Shown here one piece after another: positions 10,296 through 20,401 of a DNA stretch of 64,000 nt. The position numbers were made by a program, and so were the translations under genes. The stretch's first letter is position 1. Each line of letters begins with the position of its first letter. Origin of the DNA: an uncultured bacterium (GTDB lineage: Bacteria; Krumholzibacteriota; Krumholzibacteriia; LZORAL124-64-63); contig CAVSGO010000005.1 of the NCBI GenBank assembly GCA_963727525.1, positions 288,001-352,000 of the forward strand, read 5' to 3'. The notes beneath the pieces were generated by a model. It was given only the letters and a program-made list of their open reading frames with translations. It did not search any database and was not told the DNA's origin.

Positions 10296-11657
10296 TCACA
10301 CGATCGCCGGCGCCGGGGTCGGCCCGTGCGCCAGCAATCCAGCCAGGATCGTGAGACCGGCCGCCACCTCGTCGCGACCGGTCGGGGCACTCAGACTCAC
10401 GCGCACCGCCGCGAGTGCCGCGGCCTCGCCGACGGCGAAGGCCGACGACGGGGTGACCACGACGCCACGGGCGCGCGCTTCGCTCGCGAACATCTCGGCG
10501 CTCCACGGCGCCGCCAACTCCAGCCAGAGAAAGTAGGAATGCGGTGCCGTGCGCATCGCCTCCACCGGCAACAGATCGCGGGCCAGCGCCTGCCGCCGCG
10601 CCGCCTCGTCGCGCTTGCGCACGCTCACCTGCGCCGCCGTGCCGTCGTCGATCCATAGCGCGGCGATTTCCACCGTGAGCGGCGGCAGCGCCCAGAGCGT
10701 GGCCGAGACCGTGGCGACCACGCGATCCACGGCTGCGGCCGGTGTCGCCACGAAGGCCACGCGCAGACCACCGGCCACCACCTTCGACGTGCTCGCGATG
10801 TAGAACGTGCGCTCCGGCGCGAGCTGCGCCAGCGGCTCAGGCGCGGGCTCGGCCAGCAGACCATGCACGTCGTCCTCGATGATCAGCAGGTCGCGTCGGC
10901 GTGCCACGGCCACAACGGCGTCGCGACGCGCGCGGCCCATTGTCGCCGTGGTCGGATTGTGCAGGGTCGGCAGGCAATAAAGCACGCGAGCCCCGCTCGC
11001 GCGACACACCGCGTCCAGCGCGCCGGGTTCGAGCCCCTCGTCGTCCATGGCCACCGGAACGAGTTGGAGACCGAGCAGCTTCGCCACGGTCTTCAGGCCG
11101 GGATAGGTCACCGGTTCGCACATCACGGCATCGCCCGGCCGGCAGAGCGTGCCCAGCAGGATGGCGATGGCATGTTGCGCACCGCCCGTGATGATCACCT
11201 GTTCGGGCGCCACCGTCACGCCGTGCCGCGCGATCCAGGCTGCGCCGGCACGTCGGTGCCGATCGGTGCCGCCGCCGGGAAGGTACGAGAGCAACTCGTG
11301 CAGATCGTCGCGGCGCGCGAGAGTGCGCAGAGCGTCACCCAGATCGGGGTCCTCGGCATACAGCGGCAGGTTGAGCCCCAGATCGATCGGCCCCGCCGCC
11401 GCCAGCGCGGCCGCCGTCGGCCCCACGAAGGTGCCACGCCCCACCTCGCCGTGGACGAGACCGTGCCGCTCCGCCTCGGCGTACGCGCGCGTCACCGTGC
11501 CGACCGTCAGTCCCAGGGTCTCGGCGAGGTCGCGGTGCGTGGGCAGACGATCACCCGCAGCGAGCCGCCCCGAGCGCACATCGGCCGCGAGGCAGTTGGC
11601 GATCGCGAGGTAACGCGGTCCGGCGATTTCGTCGATCTCGGGCGTCCATATTGTCAT
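10296..11657 (-). CDS. MocR/PdxR-family GntR regulator (wHTH plus aminotransferase-like domain)
   Basis: [45 protein letters not shown]; directly upstream of pdxST. Confidence 0.92.
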   Translation of the reverse strand: MTIWTPEIDEIAGPRYLAIANCLAADVRSGRLAAGDRLPTHRDLAETLGLTVGTVTRAYAEAERHGLVHGEVGRGTFVGPTAAALAAAGPIDLGLNLPLYAEDPDLGDALRTLARRDDLHELLSYLPGGGTDRHRRAGAAWIARHGVTVAPEQVIITGGAQHAIAILLGTLCRPGDAVMCEPVTYPGLKTVAKLLGLQLVPVAMDDEGLEPGALDAVCRASGARVLYCLPTLHNPTTATMGRARRDAVVAVARRRDLLIIEDDVHGLLAEPAPEPLAQLAPERTFYIASTSKVVAGGLRVAFVATPAAAVDRVVATVSATLWALPPLTVEIAALWIDDGTAAQVSVRKRDEAARRQALARDLLPVEAMRTAPHSYFLWLELAAPWSAEMFASEARARGVVVTPSSAFAVGEAAALAAVRVSLSAPTGRDEVAAGLTILAGLLAHGPTPAPAIV

Positions 11658-11666
11658 AATAAATAA

Positions 11667-11695
11667 AGGATAATTGCAGCAATTGTTTAGGTCAA
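11667..11695 (-). promoter_or_regulatory. Putative sigma70 promoter of the regulator-pdxST unit
   Basis: Minus strand TTGACC-N17-TATCCT in an AT-rich patch, 9 bp before the ATG. Confidence 0.55.
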
Positions 11696-11742
11696 GTCGA
11701 TTGATACAATTTACGGACGCCCCGAGCTCCCACAGGCTTGAC

Positions 11743-11769
11743 TAAAGTTCCGGCGATGAAAGTCGATCT
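11743..11769 (+). promoter_or_regulatory. Putative sigma28 (FliA) promoter
   Basis: TAAA-N15-GTCGATCT upstream of an MCP gene. Confidence 0.55.
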
Positions 11770-11889
11770 CCGTTTGCACTATCACCCGCGACGGCGGCTG
11801 ATGACTCCCGCCAATCGGACGGGAACGCCGCATCAGAGCCAATGTCGCGCCCGCGAACCGTCGGCGGCGATGAGCAAGAGGACTCGACC

Positions 11890-13536
11890 ATGAAGATTAG
11901 CACCAAGATGGCAGCCCTGATCGTGATCCCGATCGTGGCACTGCTGGCTTTCAGCGTGTTCTCGTATTTCACGAACCAGGCAGTCAGCAAGGGTGGAACT
12001 GCTACGAGCCTTGACAAGGACCTCACGGCCGACGTGCTACCGCCGCCGGAGTACCTTGTCGAATCGTATCTCGTCGTGTTGCAGATGGCGTCGCTGACGG
12101 ATCCGTCCGCACTGGCCGAGCTCGAGCAACGCGGCGTGCAGCTACGGGCGGACTATCTCGACAGGCACGCCTTCTGGGACCAGACTCTCCCGCCAGGCGC
12201 CCTGCGCCAGGCCCTGCTCACCGACTCGTACCAGCCGGGTCTCGCGTTCCTCGATCTCCGGGACCGGAAATTCATTCCGCTCCTCCACGAGGGCCGGCAA
12301 GACGAAGCGCGCAATCTCGTGCTCGGCCAGATGTCCGATCTGTACCGGCAGCACCGAGCGGCGATCGACCAGGTCGTCACGCTCGCCGGCCAGCAGTGGG
12401 AGACCGACCAGGCGCGGATCGATCGCATGACTCGCATCAGCAACTGGCTCGCCCTGCTCGGACCGGTCATCATGACGCTGGGTCTCGGACTGCTGGGCTG
12501 GCGCGTGAGCCGCGGCATCACCGAACCGATTCGCCGGATCATCGATCAACTCGCAGCCGGTTCTGACCAGACCTCGGCGGCCGCCAACCAGCTCGCCGGA
12601 TCCAGCCAGTCTCTGGCCGAGGGCGCGAGTCAGCAGGCCGCCGCACTCGAGGAGACCGGCAGCAATGTCGAGGAGATCACGGCAACCATCCGGCAGACGG
12701 CCGAGAACGCCGCCCAGGCCAAGGCCCTCTCGGAGGGCGCCACGACCGCCGCCGACAAAGGCGCCGACGCCATGGCGCGCATGTCCAGGGCCATCGACGA
12801 CATCAAGTCCTCCAGTGACGAGACGGCCAAGATCATCAAGACCATCGACGAGATCGCGTTTCAGACCAATCTCCTGGCGCTGAATGCCGCCGTGGAAGCG
12901 GCTCGCGCCGGCGAGTCCGGCAGAGGTTTCGCCGTGGTCGCCGAGGAGGTCCGCAACCTCGCGCAGCGCTCGGCCGAGGCTGCACGCAATACGGCCGGAA
13001 TGATCGACACCGCCGTCAAGAACGCCGACAATGGCGTCACGATCTCGCACGAGGTCGGCAGCGCGCTGCAGGATATCGCGGCGGGCAACCGTAAGGTCCA
13101 CGACCTCGTCGGCGAGATCGCCACCGCTTGCCTGGAGCAGACGCAGGGCATCGCGCAGATCGCAACCGCGGTCAGCCAGGTGAACGAGGTCACGCAGCGC
13201 AACACCGCGGACTCCGAGGAGTCGGCCTCGTCCAGTGAGGAACTCTCAGCCCAGGCCGAAGAGCTCAAGCATACAGTCCACGGGCTCGAGGTCATGGTTT
13301 CGGGGGCGACGACCGGCACTTCGTCGGTCGCGCGCGGCGGCACCCCCCACGCAGGCAACCGCCCTGTCGCCCGCAATTCGGAATCGAAAGCCGCGCCATT
13401 CCAGCCCGCATCACACCGGGACGTCACCCAGGGCGTCGGCAGCCGCAAGCAGCGCAATGTCAGCCAGGGCACACCCCGGGCCTGCGAGGTGCTTCCGCTC
13501 GACGACGACGACGTCCTCGACGAACTGACGGTCTAG
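11890..13536 (+). CDS. Methyl-accepting chemotaxis protein
   Basis: Two TM segments; [40 protein letters not shown] signalling hairpin. Confidence 0.95.
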   Translation: MKISTKMAALIVIPIVALLAFSVFSYFTNQAVSKGGTATSLDKDLTADVLPPPEYLVESYLVVLQMASLTDPSALAELEQRGVQLRADYLDRHAFWDQTLPPGALRQALLTDSYQPGLAFLDLRDRKFIPLLHEGRQDEARNLVLGQMSDLYRQHRAAIDQVVTLAGQQWETDQARIDRMTRISNWLALLGPVIMTLGLGLLGWRVSRGITEPIRRIIDQLAAGSDQTSAAANQLAGSSQSLAEGASQQAAALEETGSNVEEITATIRQTAENAAQAKALSEGATTAADKGADAMARMSRAIDDIKSSSDETAKIIKTIDEIAFQTNLLALNAAVEAARAGESGRGFAVVAEEVRNLAQRSAEAARNTAGMIDTAVKNADNGVTISHEVGSALQDIAAGNRKVHDLVGEIATACLEQTQGIAQIATAVSQVNEVTQRNTADSEESASSSEELSAQAEELKHTVHGLEVMVSGATTGTSSVARGGTPHAGNRPVARNSESKAAPFQPASHRDVTQGVGSRKQRNVSQGTPRACEVLPLDDDDVLDELTV

Positions 13537-13622
13537 GTCGCCCCGCGGACTGCGGGTCGGTGGGTCACCGTTGTACGGATCACGGCCCCGGGTACGGCTC
13601 GCCCGGGGCCATGAATCATTTG

Positions 13623-14848
13623 GGTTGTGCCGTCGAAAATGTGTCCGGCCTCCGGCTTGCCCTGGCCGGGGCCATGTCATGCATCGAATCCCACCACTCC
13701 AGCTGGTTGCCTCCCTTCTGCCCCAACCATCACTGCCAGTTCCACAGCGAACTCCAGCCAGGCTGGCGCTTCAAACGCATCGGCTTCTTCACCCGCCAGG
13801 CCCATCCCCACCGTATCCCCAGGTTTCTCTGCCTACACTGCCGTGTCTCCTTCAGTTCACAGACCTTCTCCCCGGACTACTGGCTCAAGCGACCAGATAT
13901 CCTCCCGCAACTCATGACCAAGACCTGCGGCGCCATGGCCAATCGCCAGGCCGCCCGTGATCTCGGCGTCTGCCCCACCACCGTCAACCGCCAGCTCGAC
14001 CGCCTCGGTCGCCATTGTCTGCTCTTCTTCGCCCAGGAGATGCCGACGGCTCCGCCCCCCGCAGACATCGTCATCGACGGACTCGAGACCTTCGAACTCA
14101 GCCAGTACTTCCCCTTCCACCACAACGTCGCCGTCGACGCGAAGTCGGGGCTGATCCGGGGCTTCACCGACAGCCCGCTGCGCCGCAAGGGTCGCATGAC
14201 GGCCTACCAGAAGCGTCGTCGCCAGGATCTCGAAGAGCATTTCGGCCGACCGGACCCCAAGGCGGTGCAGAAGGGCATTCGCGACTTGCTGGCGATGGTG
14301 CTCGAGAAGTGTGAACGGCTGGTGACGGTCCGCAGCGACGATCACCCCGCCTACAAGCGTGCCATCGCGAGTCTGCCTCATCGAATCCGGCACGAGGTGA
14401 CGAACTCGAAGGAACGCCGGGACAAGGACAATCCGTTGTGGGAGGCAAATTTGCTGGACTTGATCTTGCGGCATGCGAGCGCGAATCACCGTCGGGAGAC
14501 GATCGCGTGGTCGAAGCGGAGGCAGGGGTCGACGTACCGCCTGGCGATCCTGGCGGTCTGGCGCAACTGGGTGCAGTCACGGTGGGTGAAGCGGCCAGGC
14601 GAGACGCCGGCGATGGCCGCGGGCCTGGTCGATCGGCCGCTCGCTGTGGAGGAAATCCTGGGGAAACGGTTGTTTCCCAGCAAGGTGGAGTTGTCGCCGC
14701 TCTGGGAGGAGTACTACTGGAAACGGGTGGAGACCCCGGCATTGGGCGTGAATCGGCGGCATGAGTTGACGTTCGCGAGGTGAGGGGCGAACAAACGCGG
14801 CCGGCGAATTCGGCCGCCGGCCGCGGACACAATTTCGACGGCACAACC
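13623..14848. mobile_element. Insertion sequence, IS1-like, 1226 bp
   Basis: TIRs: GGTTGTGCCGTCGAAAATGTGTCCG (13623-13647) matches the reverse complement of 14824-14848 at 24/25 positions; they enclose one transposase-like ORF. No target duplication seen. Confidence 0.85.
13674..14783 (+). CDS. Putative IS1-like transposase (Zn ribbon, HTH, DDE-like core)
   Basis: CPNHHC...CLHC; RQAARDLGVCPTTV; IVIDGLET; VRSDDHPAY; TPAMAAGL. Confidence 0.75.
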   Translation: MSCIESHHSSWLPPFCPNHHCQFHSELQPGWRFKRIGFFTRQAHPHRIPRFLCLHCRVSFSSQTFSPDYWLKRPDILPQLMTKTCGAMANRQAARDLGVCPTTVNRQLDRLGRHCLLFFAQEMPTAPPPADIVIDGLETFELSQYFPFHHNVAVDAKSGLIRGFTDSPLRRKGRMTAYQKRRRQDLEEHFGRPDPKAVQKGIRDLLAMVLEKCERLVTVRSDDHPAYKRAIASLPHRIRHEVTNSKERRDKDNPLWEANLLDLILRHASANHRRETIAWSKRRQGSTYRLAILAVWRNWVQSRWVKRPGETPAMAAGLVDRPLAVEEILGKRLFPSKVELSPLWEEYYWKRVETPALGVNRRHELTFAR

Positions 14849-14957
14849 ATCGGCACCCGGGACCGCCGCACCCACATTCCGGGGGCGAGACCAGCACACC
14901 CCGCGTCGCATCAACTTCTATCTATAAAGCACTCCACAAATAAACCAACGATTACTC

Positions 14958-15002
14958 TTGACACGCAGAATTTAACCATATTAGCTTCACCTTACGAAGT
15001 AA
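14958..15002 (+). promoter_or_regulatory. Putative sigma70 promoter and operator for the BMC operon
   Basis: TTGACA at 14958, TAGCTT 18 bp later, short palindrome TTAC-GAA-GTAA (14992-15002); AT-rich context. Confidence 0.5.
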
Positions 15003-15025
15003 AATACGTCAAAGACTGGGGCACC

Positions 15026-15373
15026 ATGCACGTCCGCGACCTCGACGAGAACCTGAGCGCCACAGCCCGACTGGCCGTGTTGACGACGCTCTTTCCGGGA
15101 GAGCCGGTGAGTTTTTCCGATCTGAAGACCCGTACAGGCATTGCGGACGGTAACCTCCATGTGCAGACCCGGCGCCTGGCCAGCGCTGGTTTACTTTCGA
15201 TCACGAAGTTGCCTACCGGCAAACGCACCCAGACGATGTTCCGGATCACGGACGACGGCGTCGTACGCCTACGCATCCAGGTGCAGCGGCTGGTGGCGGT
15301 GGTGACCGGCGACGAGGGTGCCATCTTGCCGCAAGCCGCGCGGGAACGTTACGACGAATCGCGGGTCTGGTAG
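15026..15373 (+). CDS. Winged-helix transcriptional regulator (HTH_34/MarR-like)
   Basis: ARLAVLTTL...SFSDLK...DGNL...L...G...ITDDG pattern, 115 aa. Confidence 0.8.
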   Translation: MHVRDLDENLSATARLAVLTTLFPGEPVSFSDLKTRTGIADGNLHVQTRRLASAGLLSITKLPTGKRTQTMFRITDDGVVRLRIQVQRLVAVVTGDEGAILPQAARERYDESRVW

Positions 15374-15402
15374 CCAGCTCCGCGGAACCGAGGCGACCCA
15401 GC

Positions 15403-16731
15403 ATGAAGATCGCAATCGGCGCCGATCACGGCGGATTCGACCTCAAGGCCCGGCTGATCCGCCACCTTGGGCAGAACGGCCACCAGGTCGAGGACGTCGG
15501 AACTTCTTCCCATGAAGCTGTGGACTATCCAGTCTATGCGCGGGCCGTCGCCGAGGCCGTGGCCAGCGGCCGGACCGATCGCGGCATCATGATCGACGGC
15601 GCCGGCATCGGCTCCTCCATGGTCGCCAACAAGGTGCCTGGAGTACGCGCCGCCCTCGCCTACGACCTCTCCAGTGCCCGCAACGGGCGCGAGCACAACG
15701 ACGCCAACGTGCTCACACTCGGCGCCGGCCTCATCGGGCCGAACCTGGCCGAACAGCTCGTGGACATCTTCCTGACCGCCGAGTGCCGCGAACCGCGCCA
15801 TCAGCGCCGCGTGGCCATGATCGATGCAGCGGCCCCGACCCGTTCTCCAGCATCCGACAGTCTGCCCGCCGAACTCGACGCCGCCGACCTCGAGCGCATC
15901 GTCGCACGCCTCGCCCAGATGTTACCGGCCGGGGCGGCCACGTGCGGCCCCTGCGTCACAACCTGCCCCGACACGGCGCGCCATCTCATCGGCCTGGGCG
16001 CCGCGCGCCTCAGCACTGGCGGCGCGAAGGCGCCGACCAGCCCGGGCCACATCCCCGAGGACATCGCGCGCTACATCGACCACACCATCCTCAAGCCCGC
16101 CGCCACGCGCGCGGACGTGATGAAGGTGTGCGCCGAGGCCCGGGAGCACGGCTTCCGATCCGTCTGTGTCAATCCCTGCTGGATCGCCACCGTGGCCGGC
16201 GAACTGCGCGGTACCCGGGTGCTCACCTGCTCGGTGGTGGGGTTCCCCCTGGGCGCCGCCACGCCGCAGATCAAGGCCGCCGAGACGCGCCAGGCCATCC
16301 GCGACGGCGCCCGCGAGATCGACATGGTCATCAACGTGGGCGCCTTGAAGAGCGGTGACGACGCCCAGGTGCTGCGCGACATCCGCGCCGTCACCGACGC
16401 CTGCGTCGACGGCGGCGCCACGTGCAAGGTCATCATCGAGACCGTCCTGCTCACCGACGCCGAGAAGGTGCGCGCCTGCGAACTGGCCCGCAGGGCGCGT
16501 GCCCACTTCGTGAAGACGAGCACGGGCTTCGCCGGCGGCGGGGCCACCGCGGCCGATGTCGCGCTCATGGCAAGCGTGGTACGCGGCGCGGGCATGGAAG
16601 TGAAGGCATCGGGCGGCATCCGCTCGTACGACGACGCGAAGCAGATGATCGAAGCCGGCGCCACCCGTATCGGCGCCAGCGCGAGCATCGCCATCGTCCA
16701 GGAAGCGCAGGGGCTGACCGTCAGCGCCTAG
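15403..16731 (+). CDS. rpiB-deoC: Fused ribose-5-phosphate isomerase B / deoxyribose-phosphate aldolase
   Basis: N-part: [42 protein letters not shown]-part: [52 protein letters not shown]. Confidence 0.95.
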   Translation: MKIAIGADHGGFDLKARLIRHLGQNGHQVEDVGTSSHEAVDYPVYARAVAEAVASGRTDRGIMIDGAGIGSSMVANKVPGVRAALAYDLSSARNGREHNDANVLTLGAGLIGPNLAEQLVDIFLTAECREPRHQRRVAMIDAAAPTRSPASDSLPAELDAADLERIVARLAQMLPAGAATCGPCVTTCPDTARHLIGLGAARLSTGGAKAPTSPGHIPEDIARYIDHTILKPAATRADVMKVCAEAREHGFRSVCVNPCWIATVAGELRGTRVLTCSVVGFPLGAATPQIKAAETRQAIRDGAREIDMVINVGALKSGDDAQVLRDIRAVTDACVDGGATCKVIIETVLLTDAEKVRACELARRARAHFVKTSTGFAGGGATAADVALMASVVRGAGMEVKASGGIRSYDDAKQMIEAGATRIGASASIAIVQEAQGLTVSA

Positions 16732-16745
16732 CCGGGAGTGTGAGC

Positions 16746-17369
16746 ATGGTCGACCTGAGAGCCTTCTGCGTGATCGACAGCCTGCAGCCGCAGTTCGCCT
16801 CGTTCCAGGCGACGGTGGCCCAGGGCTTCTTGCCGCGCGTCGGGCAAGCCAGCCTCTTCGTGGAGATCGCGCCGGGCATCGAGATCAACCGGGTCATGGA
16901 CATAGCCCTGAAGTCGACCCAGGTCACGCCCGGCATGCAGATCGTCGAGCGCCACTTCGGCATGCTCGAGGTGCACGCCGACAGCCAGGCCGACGTGCGG
17001 CAGGCTGGCGCCGCCATCCTCAGCGCACTCGACCTCGCGGAGCACGGTCGCTTGAAGCCGCGCATCGTGTCGGACCAGGTGGTGCGCCACCTCGACGACC
17101 ATCAGTGCATGCTCATCAACCGCACCCGCCACGGCAACATGATCCTCGCGGGCCAGACCCTCTTCATTCTCGAGTGCGAGCCCGCGGCCTACGCCGCCCT
17201 GGCGGCCAACGAGGCGGAGAAGGCGGCGCGCATCAACATCCTCGAGGTGCGGGCCTACGGCAGCTTCGGCCGCCTGTACATCGGCGGCGAGGAAGCCGAC
17301 GTGGCCGTGGCGCGGCCGGCCGCGCTCGCCGCCCTCGAGTCTCTCGATGGACGCGTCGTGAAGAAGTAA
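16746..17369 (+). CDS. BMC shell protein, tandem permuted trimer (BMC-Tdp; CcmP/CsoS1D-like)
   Basis: LRAFCVIDSLQPQ, VEIAPG, VERHFGMLEVH, AANEAEKAA, GSFGRLYIGG. Confidence 0.9.
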   Translation: MVDLRAFCVIDSLQPQFASFQATVAQGFLPRVGQASLFVEIAPGIEINRVMDIALKSTQVTPGMQIVERHFGMLEVHADSQADVRQAGAAILSALDLAEHGRLKPRIVSDQVVRHLDDHQCMLINRTRHGNMILAGQTLFILECEPAAYAALAANEAEKAARINILEVRAYGSFGRLYIGGEEADVAVARPAALAALESLDGRVVKK

Positions 17370-17417
17370 CGTGCCAACCGTCCGGCCGCGGCCGGACAAC
17401 GCAGCAAGGAGCCCGTC

Positions 17418-17717
17418 ATGTCGGACGCATTGGGAATGATCGAGTGCAGGAGCTTCGCCGCGATGGTCGAGGCCGCCGACGCCATGGTAAAAGCGGCGCG
17501 CGTGGAACTGGTGAGCTACGAGAAGACCGGTGGAGGCTACACCACGGCCGTCATCCGCGGCGACGTGGCCGCGGTGAAGGCCGCCTGCGATGCGGGCCAG
17601 ACTGCGGCCACGCGCGTGGGCGAGATCGTGGCAGTGCACATCATCGCGCGGCCACATGCCAACGTCGACCTGGTGATCCCGCTGGGCCGGCAGGCGGACA
17701 AGACCGTCAAGAAGTAG
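17418..17717 (+). CDS. BMC hexameric shell protein (BMC-H; EutM/PduA-like)
   Basis: ALGMIE...[10 protein letters not shown]...[10 protein letters not shown]...HIIARPH. Confidence 0.97.
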   Translation: MSDALGMIECRSFAAMVEAADAMVKAARVELVSYEKTGGGYTTAVIRGDVAAVKAACDAGQTAATRVGEIVAVHIIARPHANVDLVIPLGRQADKTVKK

Positions 17718-17736
17718 CGGACCGACAGGAGAGGTC

Positions 17737-18036
17737 ATGAACCTGGCCAGGGTCATCGGCACCGTGGTGGCGACGCGCAAGGAACCGCGCCTCGACGGCC
17801 TGAAGCTGCTCCTGCTCGGCATCGCCGGTCCCGATGCGGAACTCACCGGCGGCACGGTGGTGGCCGCCGATGCGGTGGGCGCCGGCGAGGGCGAGTACGT
17901 CCTTTTTGCCTCGGGCTCGAGCGCACGGCAAACGCAGGCCACGGATGGAAAACCGGTCGACGCGGTGGTGATGGCGATCGTCGATAGCTGGGAGATCGGC
18001 GGCGAGGATCGCTACCACAAGGGCCGCGACGACTAA
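17737..18036 (+). CDS. BMC pentameric vertex protein (EutN/CcmL family)
   Basis: [38 protein letters not shown]. Confidence 0.96.
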   Translation: MNLARVIGTVVATRKEPRLDGLKLLLLGIAGPDAELTGGTVVAADAVGAGEGEYVLFASGSSARQTQATDGKPVDAVVMAIVDSWEIGGEDRYHKGRDD

Positions 18037-18045
18037 GGAGCGCAT

Positions 18046-19494
18046 ATGACGCGCCTCAACGACGCCCAGATCGACGCCATCGCGCGCGGCTTGGCCGCCC
18101 GCATCGGTGGTGGCACCGCCCCACCCGCGGTGCCGGCACCAGCGGCGGCGCCGATGAGTCCGCCGACCGGCGACGGCGTCTTCCCCACGGTCGATGCCTG
18201 CGTGGATGCGGCTCGCACCGCCTTCCGGCAACTCACCGCGTTGTCGCTCACGCGCCGCCAGGAGATCATCGCCGCGATCCGCGCGGCCGTGCTGTCCGCC
18301 GTCGAGGACCTGGCTCGGCAGGCTGTCGAGGAGACCGGGCTGGGACGCGTGGAGCACAAGACGATCAAGAACCGCCTGGTCACGACCAAGACGCCCGGGC
18401 CGGAATGCCTCACGCCGCGCGCCGAGACGGGCGACCACGGCCTCACGCTCACCGAGTACGCGCCGTACGGCGTGATCGGCGCCATCACGCCCACCACCAA
18501 CCCCACCAGCACGATCATCTGCAACACCATCGGCATGGTGTCGGCAGGCAACACGGTGGTCTTCAACGTGCACCCCAACGCCACGCGGTGCTCCATGGCA
18601 ACGGTGCGCCTGATCAATCGCGCGATCGTGGACGCCGGCGGCCCGGCCAGCACCATCGCCGCCGTGGCCACGCCCACCATCGAGTCGGCCGGCGCGCTGA
18701 TGCACCACCGCGGCGTGAACCTGCTGGCGGTGACGGGCGGGCCTGGCGTGGTGAAGGCGGCCATGGTCAGCGGCAAGCGCGCCATCTGCGCAGGGCCGGG
18801 CAACCCGCCGGTGGTGGTGGACGCCACGGCCGATCTTGCGAAGGCCGGCCGCGACATCGTGTACGGCGCCGGCTTCGACAACAACGTCGTGTGTACCGAT
18901 GAGAAGGAGGTCTTCGTCGTCGCCGGCGTGGCCGACGAGCTGATCCGCGTCATGTGCGCCCATCGCGCCTACCTGCTGAACGCCGACGAGTTGAGCCGGC
19001 TCGAGGCGGTCATTTTCGCGGAGAAGCCCCAGCCGCGCCGCCACGGCGTGATCAACAAGGACCTCGTGGGCAAGAACGCCGGCGAGATCCTCGGCCGCAT
19101 CGGCGGCAACGCCGGCCCCAAGCTGGCCCTGCTCATCGCCGACGTGCCCGAGGACCACCCGCTCGTCTGGAGCGAGCAGCTCATGCCGGTGCTGCCGATC
19201 GTGCGCGTGGACAGCGTGGATCGCGCGATCGATCTCGCGAAGGAGGCGGAGCACGGCTTCGGCCACTCCGCGTCGATGCACTCGCGCGACATCGTGGCGC
19301 TCAGCCGCATGGCCCGTGAGATCAACACCAGCATCTTCGTCAAGAACGGCCCCATCACCACCGGCCTGGGCGCCGGCGGCGAGGGCCACACCAGCTTCAC
19401 CATCGCGAGTCCCACCGGCGAGGGATTGACGTATCCCGTCAGCTTCAGCCGCCTGCGCCGCTGCGTGATGGTGGACCACTTCAGGATCGTGTAG
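18046..19494 (+). CDS. CoA-acylating aldehyde dehydrogenase (EutE/PduP type) with N-terminal encapsulation peptide
   Basis: EETGLGRVEHK, GVIGAITPTTNP, GPGNPPVVVD, FDNNVVCTDEKE (catalytic Cys), SFTIASPTGEG. Confidence 0.95.
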   Translation: MTRLNDAQIDAIARGLAARIGGGTAPPAVPAPAAAPMSPPTGDGVFPTVDACVDAARTAFRQLTALSLTRRQEIIAAIRAAVLSAVEDLARQAVEETGLGRVEHKTIKNRLVTTKTPGPECLTPRAETGDHGLTLTEYAPYGVIGAITPTTNPTSTIICNTIGMVSAGNTVVFNVHPNATRCSMATVRLINRAIVDAGGPASTIAAVATPTIESAGALMHHRGVNLLAVTGGPGVVKAAMVSGKRAICAGPGNPPVVVDATADLAKAGRDIVYGAGFDNNVVCTDEKEVFVVAGVADELIRVMCAHRAYLLNADELSRLEAVIFAEKPQPRRHGVINKDLVGKNAGEILGRIGGNAGPKLALLIADVPEDHPLVWSEQLMPVLPIVRVDSVDRAIDLAKEAEHGFGHSASMHSRDIVALSRMAREINTSIFVKNGPITTGLGAGGEGHTSFTIASPTGEGLTYPVSFSRLRRCVMVDHFRIV

Positions 19495-20118
19495 ATGCGC
19501 GCGACGGCGATAGCTCTGCTGGAATACCGGTCGATCGCCGCGGGTATGGCGGCCGTCGACCGCATGCTCAAGTGTTCGCCCATCGCGATCCTGAAGTGCG
19601 GCACGATCCATCCCGGCCGCTACCTCGCCCTCGTGGGCGGGTCGGTCGCCAGCACGGAGGAAGCCTGGCGAACGGGATGTGGGGTAGGCGAGGTCACGGA
19701 CGACATCTGCCTGCCCGACCCCCATCCGGCGCTCGTCGCCGGCCTGTTCGAGACGCCGCGCCTCGTCACGGACGACGAGGCCATGGCCGTCATCGAGACC
19801 ACCACATCCCCCGCCCTGCTGCGCGGCGTCGATGTTGCCCTCAAGGCGGTGCCCATCAGCCTGACCGTTCTGCGCCTCGCCGACGACCTCGGCGGCCGCG
19901 GCCTCGCGGTCTTCACCGGCGGGCTCACCGATCTTCAAGCGGCCCTGGCGGTCCTGAACGCGAGCGTCGGCCCGCGCGGCACCCTCTGCGGCCAGTCGCT
20001 CATGCCCCGCGTGGAGTCGACGCTGCAAACGATCGTGGGCACCACCACCCGCTTCGCCGCCTGCGGCATCCATGAGCCGGACGGCGCGGAGCTCGTGCCC
20101 GAGAACACGGAGGTCTGA
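19495..20118 (+). CDS. BMC tandem-domain shell protein (PduT-like BMC-T)
   Basis: ALLEYRSIAAG...DRMLK...PGRY; second domain MAVIET...D.ALK...LRLADDLGGRG. Confidence 0.88.
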   Translation: MRATAIALLEYRSIAAGMAAVDRMLKCSPIAILKCGTIHPGRYLALVGGSVASTEEAWRTGCGVGEVTDDICLPDPHPALVAGLFETPRLVTDDEAMAVIETTTSPALLRGVDVALKAVPISLTVLRLADDLGGRGLAVFTGGLTDLQAALAVLNASVGPRGTLCGQSLMPRVESTLQTIVGTTTRFAACGIHEPDGAELVPENTEV

Positions 20119-20119
20119 T

Positions 20120-20401
20120 ATGCATCTCGGCCGCGTGATCGGTAGTCTCGTCGCCACCATCGTCAGCGACGGCCTGACCGGTGTGCCCCTGCTCTGGGTG
20201 CAGCCCCTCGACAAGCGCGGCGCCGCCCTCGGCCGGTGCTTCGTCGCCGCCGACGGCACCCGCATGGCCGACCGCGACGAGCTGATATACTGGGAAGCCA
20301 GCCGCGAGGCCGCACTCACCCTCGACCCCAGCTTCGTCCCGGTCGACCACGCCATCGTTGGCATCGTCGACGACGTGCAACTCGACGAGGTTCCGTCGTG
20401 A
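20120..20401 (+). CDS. BMC pentameric vertex protein (EutN/CcmL family)
   Basis: MHLGRVIGSLVAT...SREAA...PVDHAIVGIVD. Confidence 0.92.
   Translation: MHLGRVIGSLVATIVSDGLTGVPLLWVQPLDKRGAALGRCFVAADGTRMADRDELIYWEASREAALTLDPSFVPVDHAIVGIVDDVQLDEVPS

Noticed and set aside
11752-11809. Fluoride-riboswitch-like pieces (GGCGATG...GCTGATGACTCC)
   Set aside because: The P1 partner (TCGCC) is missing, the downstream gene is an MCP, and the first part overlaps a better-fitting sigma28 promoter.
13600-14870. Target-site duplication around the IS
   Set aside because: Sequences directly outside the TIRs do not match as direct repeats.
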